A program made the translations under genes and the position numbers. DNA of 64,000 nt, taken from NCBI GenBank assembly GCA_002633005.1, contig NMRA01000226.1:420339-484338 (forward strand), read 5' to 3'. This document shows positions 63,516-64,000 of the stretch, piece after piece. This stretch comes from Phoronis australis. Taxonomy: Eukaryota > Animalia > Phoronida. The notes under the pieces were generated by a model. That model searched no databases, was not told the origin of the DNA, and worked only from the letters and a program-made list of their open reading frames with translations. Position 1 is the first letter of the stretch. Each line of letters opens with the position of its first letter.

Positions 63516-64000
63516 ATTTCGTCCCATGTATTTTAAACGGGCGGTAGGCGAAATCCGCTCATTGGTAAAGTTTTCACCTCGTCGAAAATACATTCTACAC
63601 CTAAAATTAGCACCTAAAAGGCTCTTACTTTCTTCAGTGACTCTTTCTGCTCCTAAACATATCTTCGATGAAGCATTATTATACGGGAATTCAGGTGACT
63701 TAGGCGAAGAATTCCAACTCCACTTTGTTGTTACTGTTAACTTTGTCCGCGTCAAGTATTTCAACTGAGTCAGGTGAGTATGAGGCAAAGGCTAGCGCGA
63801 GACTGAGCGAAGCGCGAGATCTGGCGCGTGACCTGGCGCGTGACACTTGCAAAATAGCATGAGAAAATATCAAGTGAAATTTGTAAGATTTGTGTCCCTT
63901 GGACTTTTTGGCTCGTCAACAGGCGTGATTTCACGTAACTTCCTCAAAATGGCGGCTCTTTAGTGAGAGAAACTCGAGAGAACCGCGAGGTTTTCATGAA
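63516..64000 (+). repeat. Interspersed repeat, unclassified (copy of 3846-4310)
   Basis: Colinear similarity to 3846-4310. Confidence 0.75.

Overview
AT-rich metazoan (invertebrate-like) genomic DNA with spliced genes, two assembly gaps (8953-9269, 40827-41254) and two single Ns (16083, 52319). Most short ORFs in the track are spurious. Gene models were built by hand from GT-AG sites and reading-frame phase. (1) NDUFA7 (minus, 4 exons) lies head-to-head with RPS28 (plus, 3 coding exons plus a 3'UTR exon), with 240 bp between start codons. (2) A candidate orphan plus-strand gene encodes a ~470-aa MGxxxS-initiated, acidic, low-complexity protein. (3) A minus-strand dystrophin-superfamily gene, most like dystrotelin/DAH (WW, EF-hands, ZZ, coiled coil, ancestral C-terminus), has 15 mapped exons, one present twice in a ~1.1-kb tandem duplication; its first exon was not found. 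The rest is rich in mobile DNA: an inverted pair of Kolobok-type elements, two Helentron-associated (HINE/DINE-like) elements, a Penelope-like fragment with a hammerhead-like motif nested in a hAT element, a hAT-like element with a 5-bp TSD, a tRNA-derived SINE sharing its 3' tail with a probable LINE remnant, a palindromic pair of decayed hammerheads, a decayed mariner and several MITEs. No clearly new multi-gene system is demonstrable from sequence alone. The best leads are the orphan gene, the duplicated WW exon, the SINE/LINE pair and the ribozyme-bearing Penelope structures.
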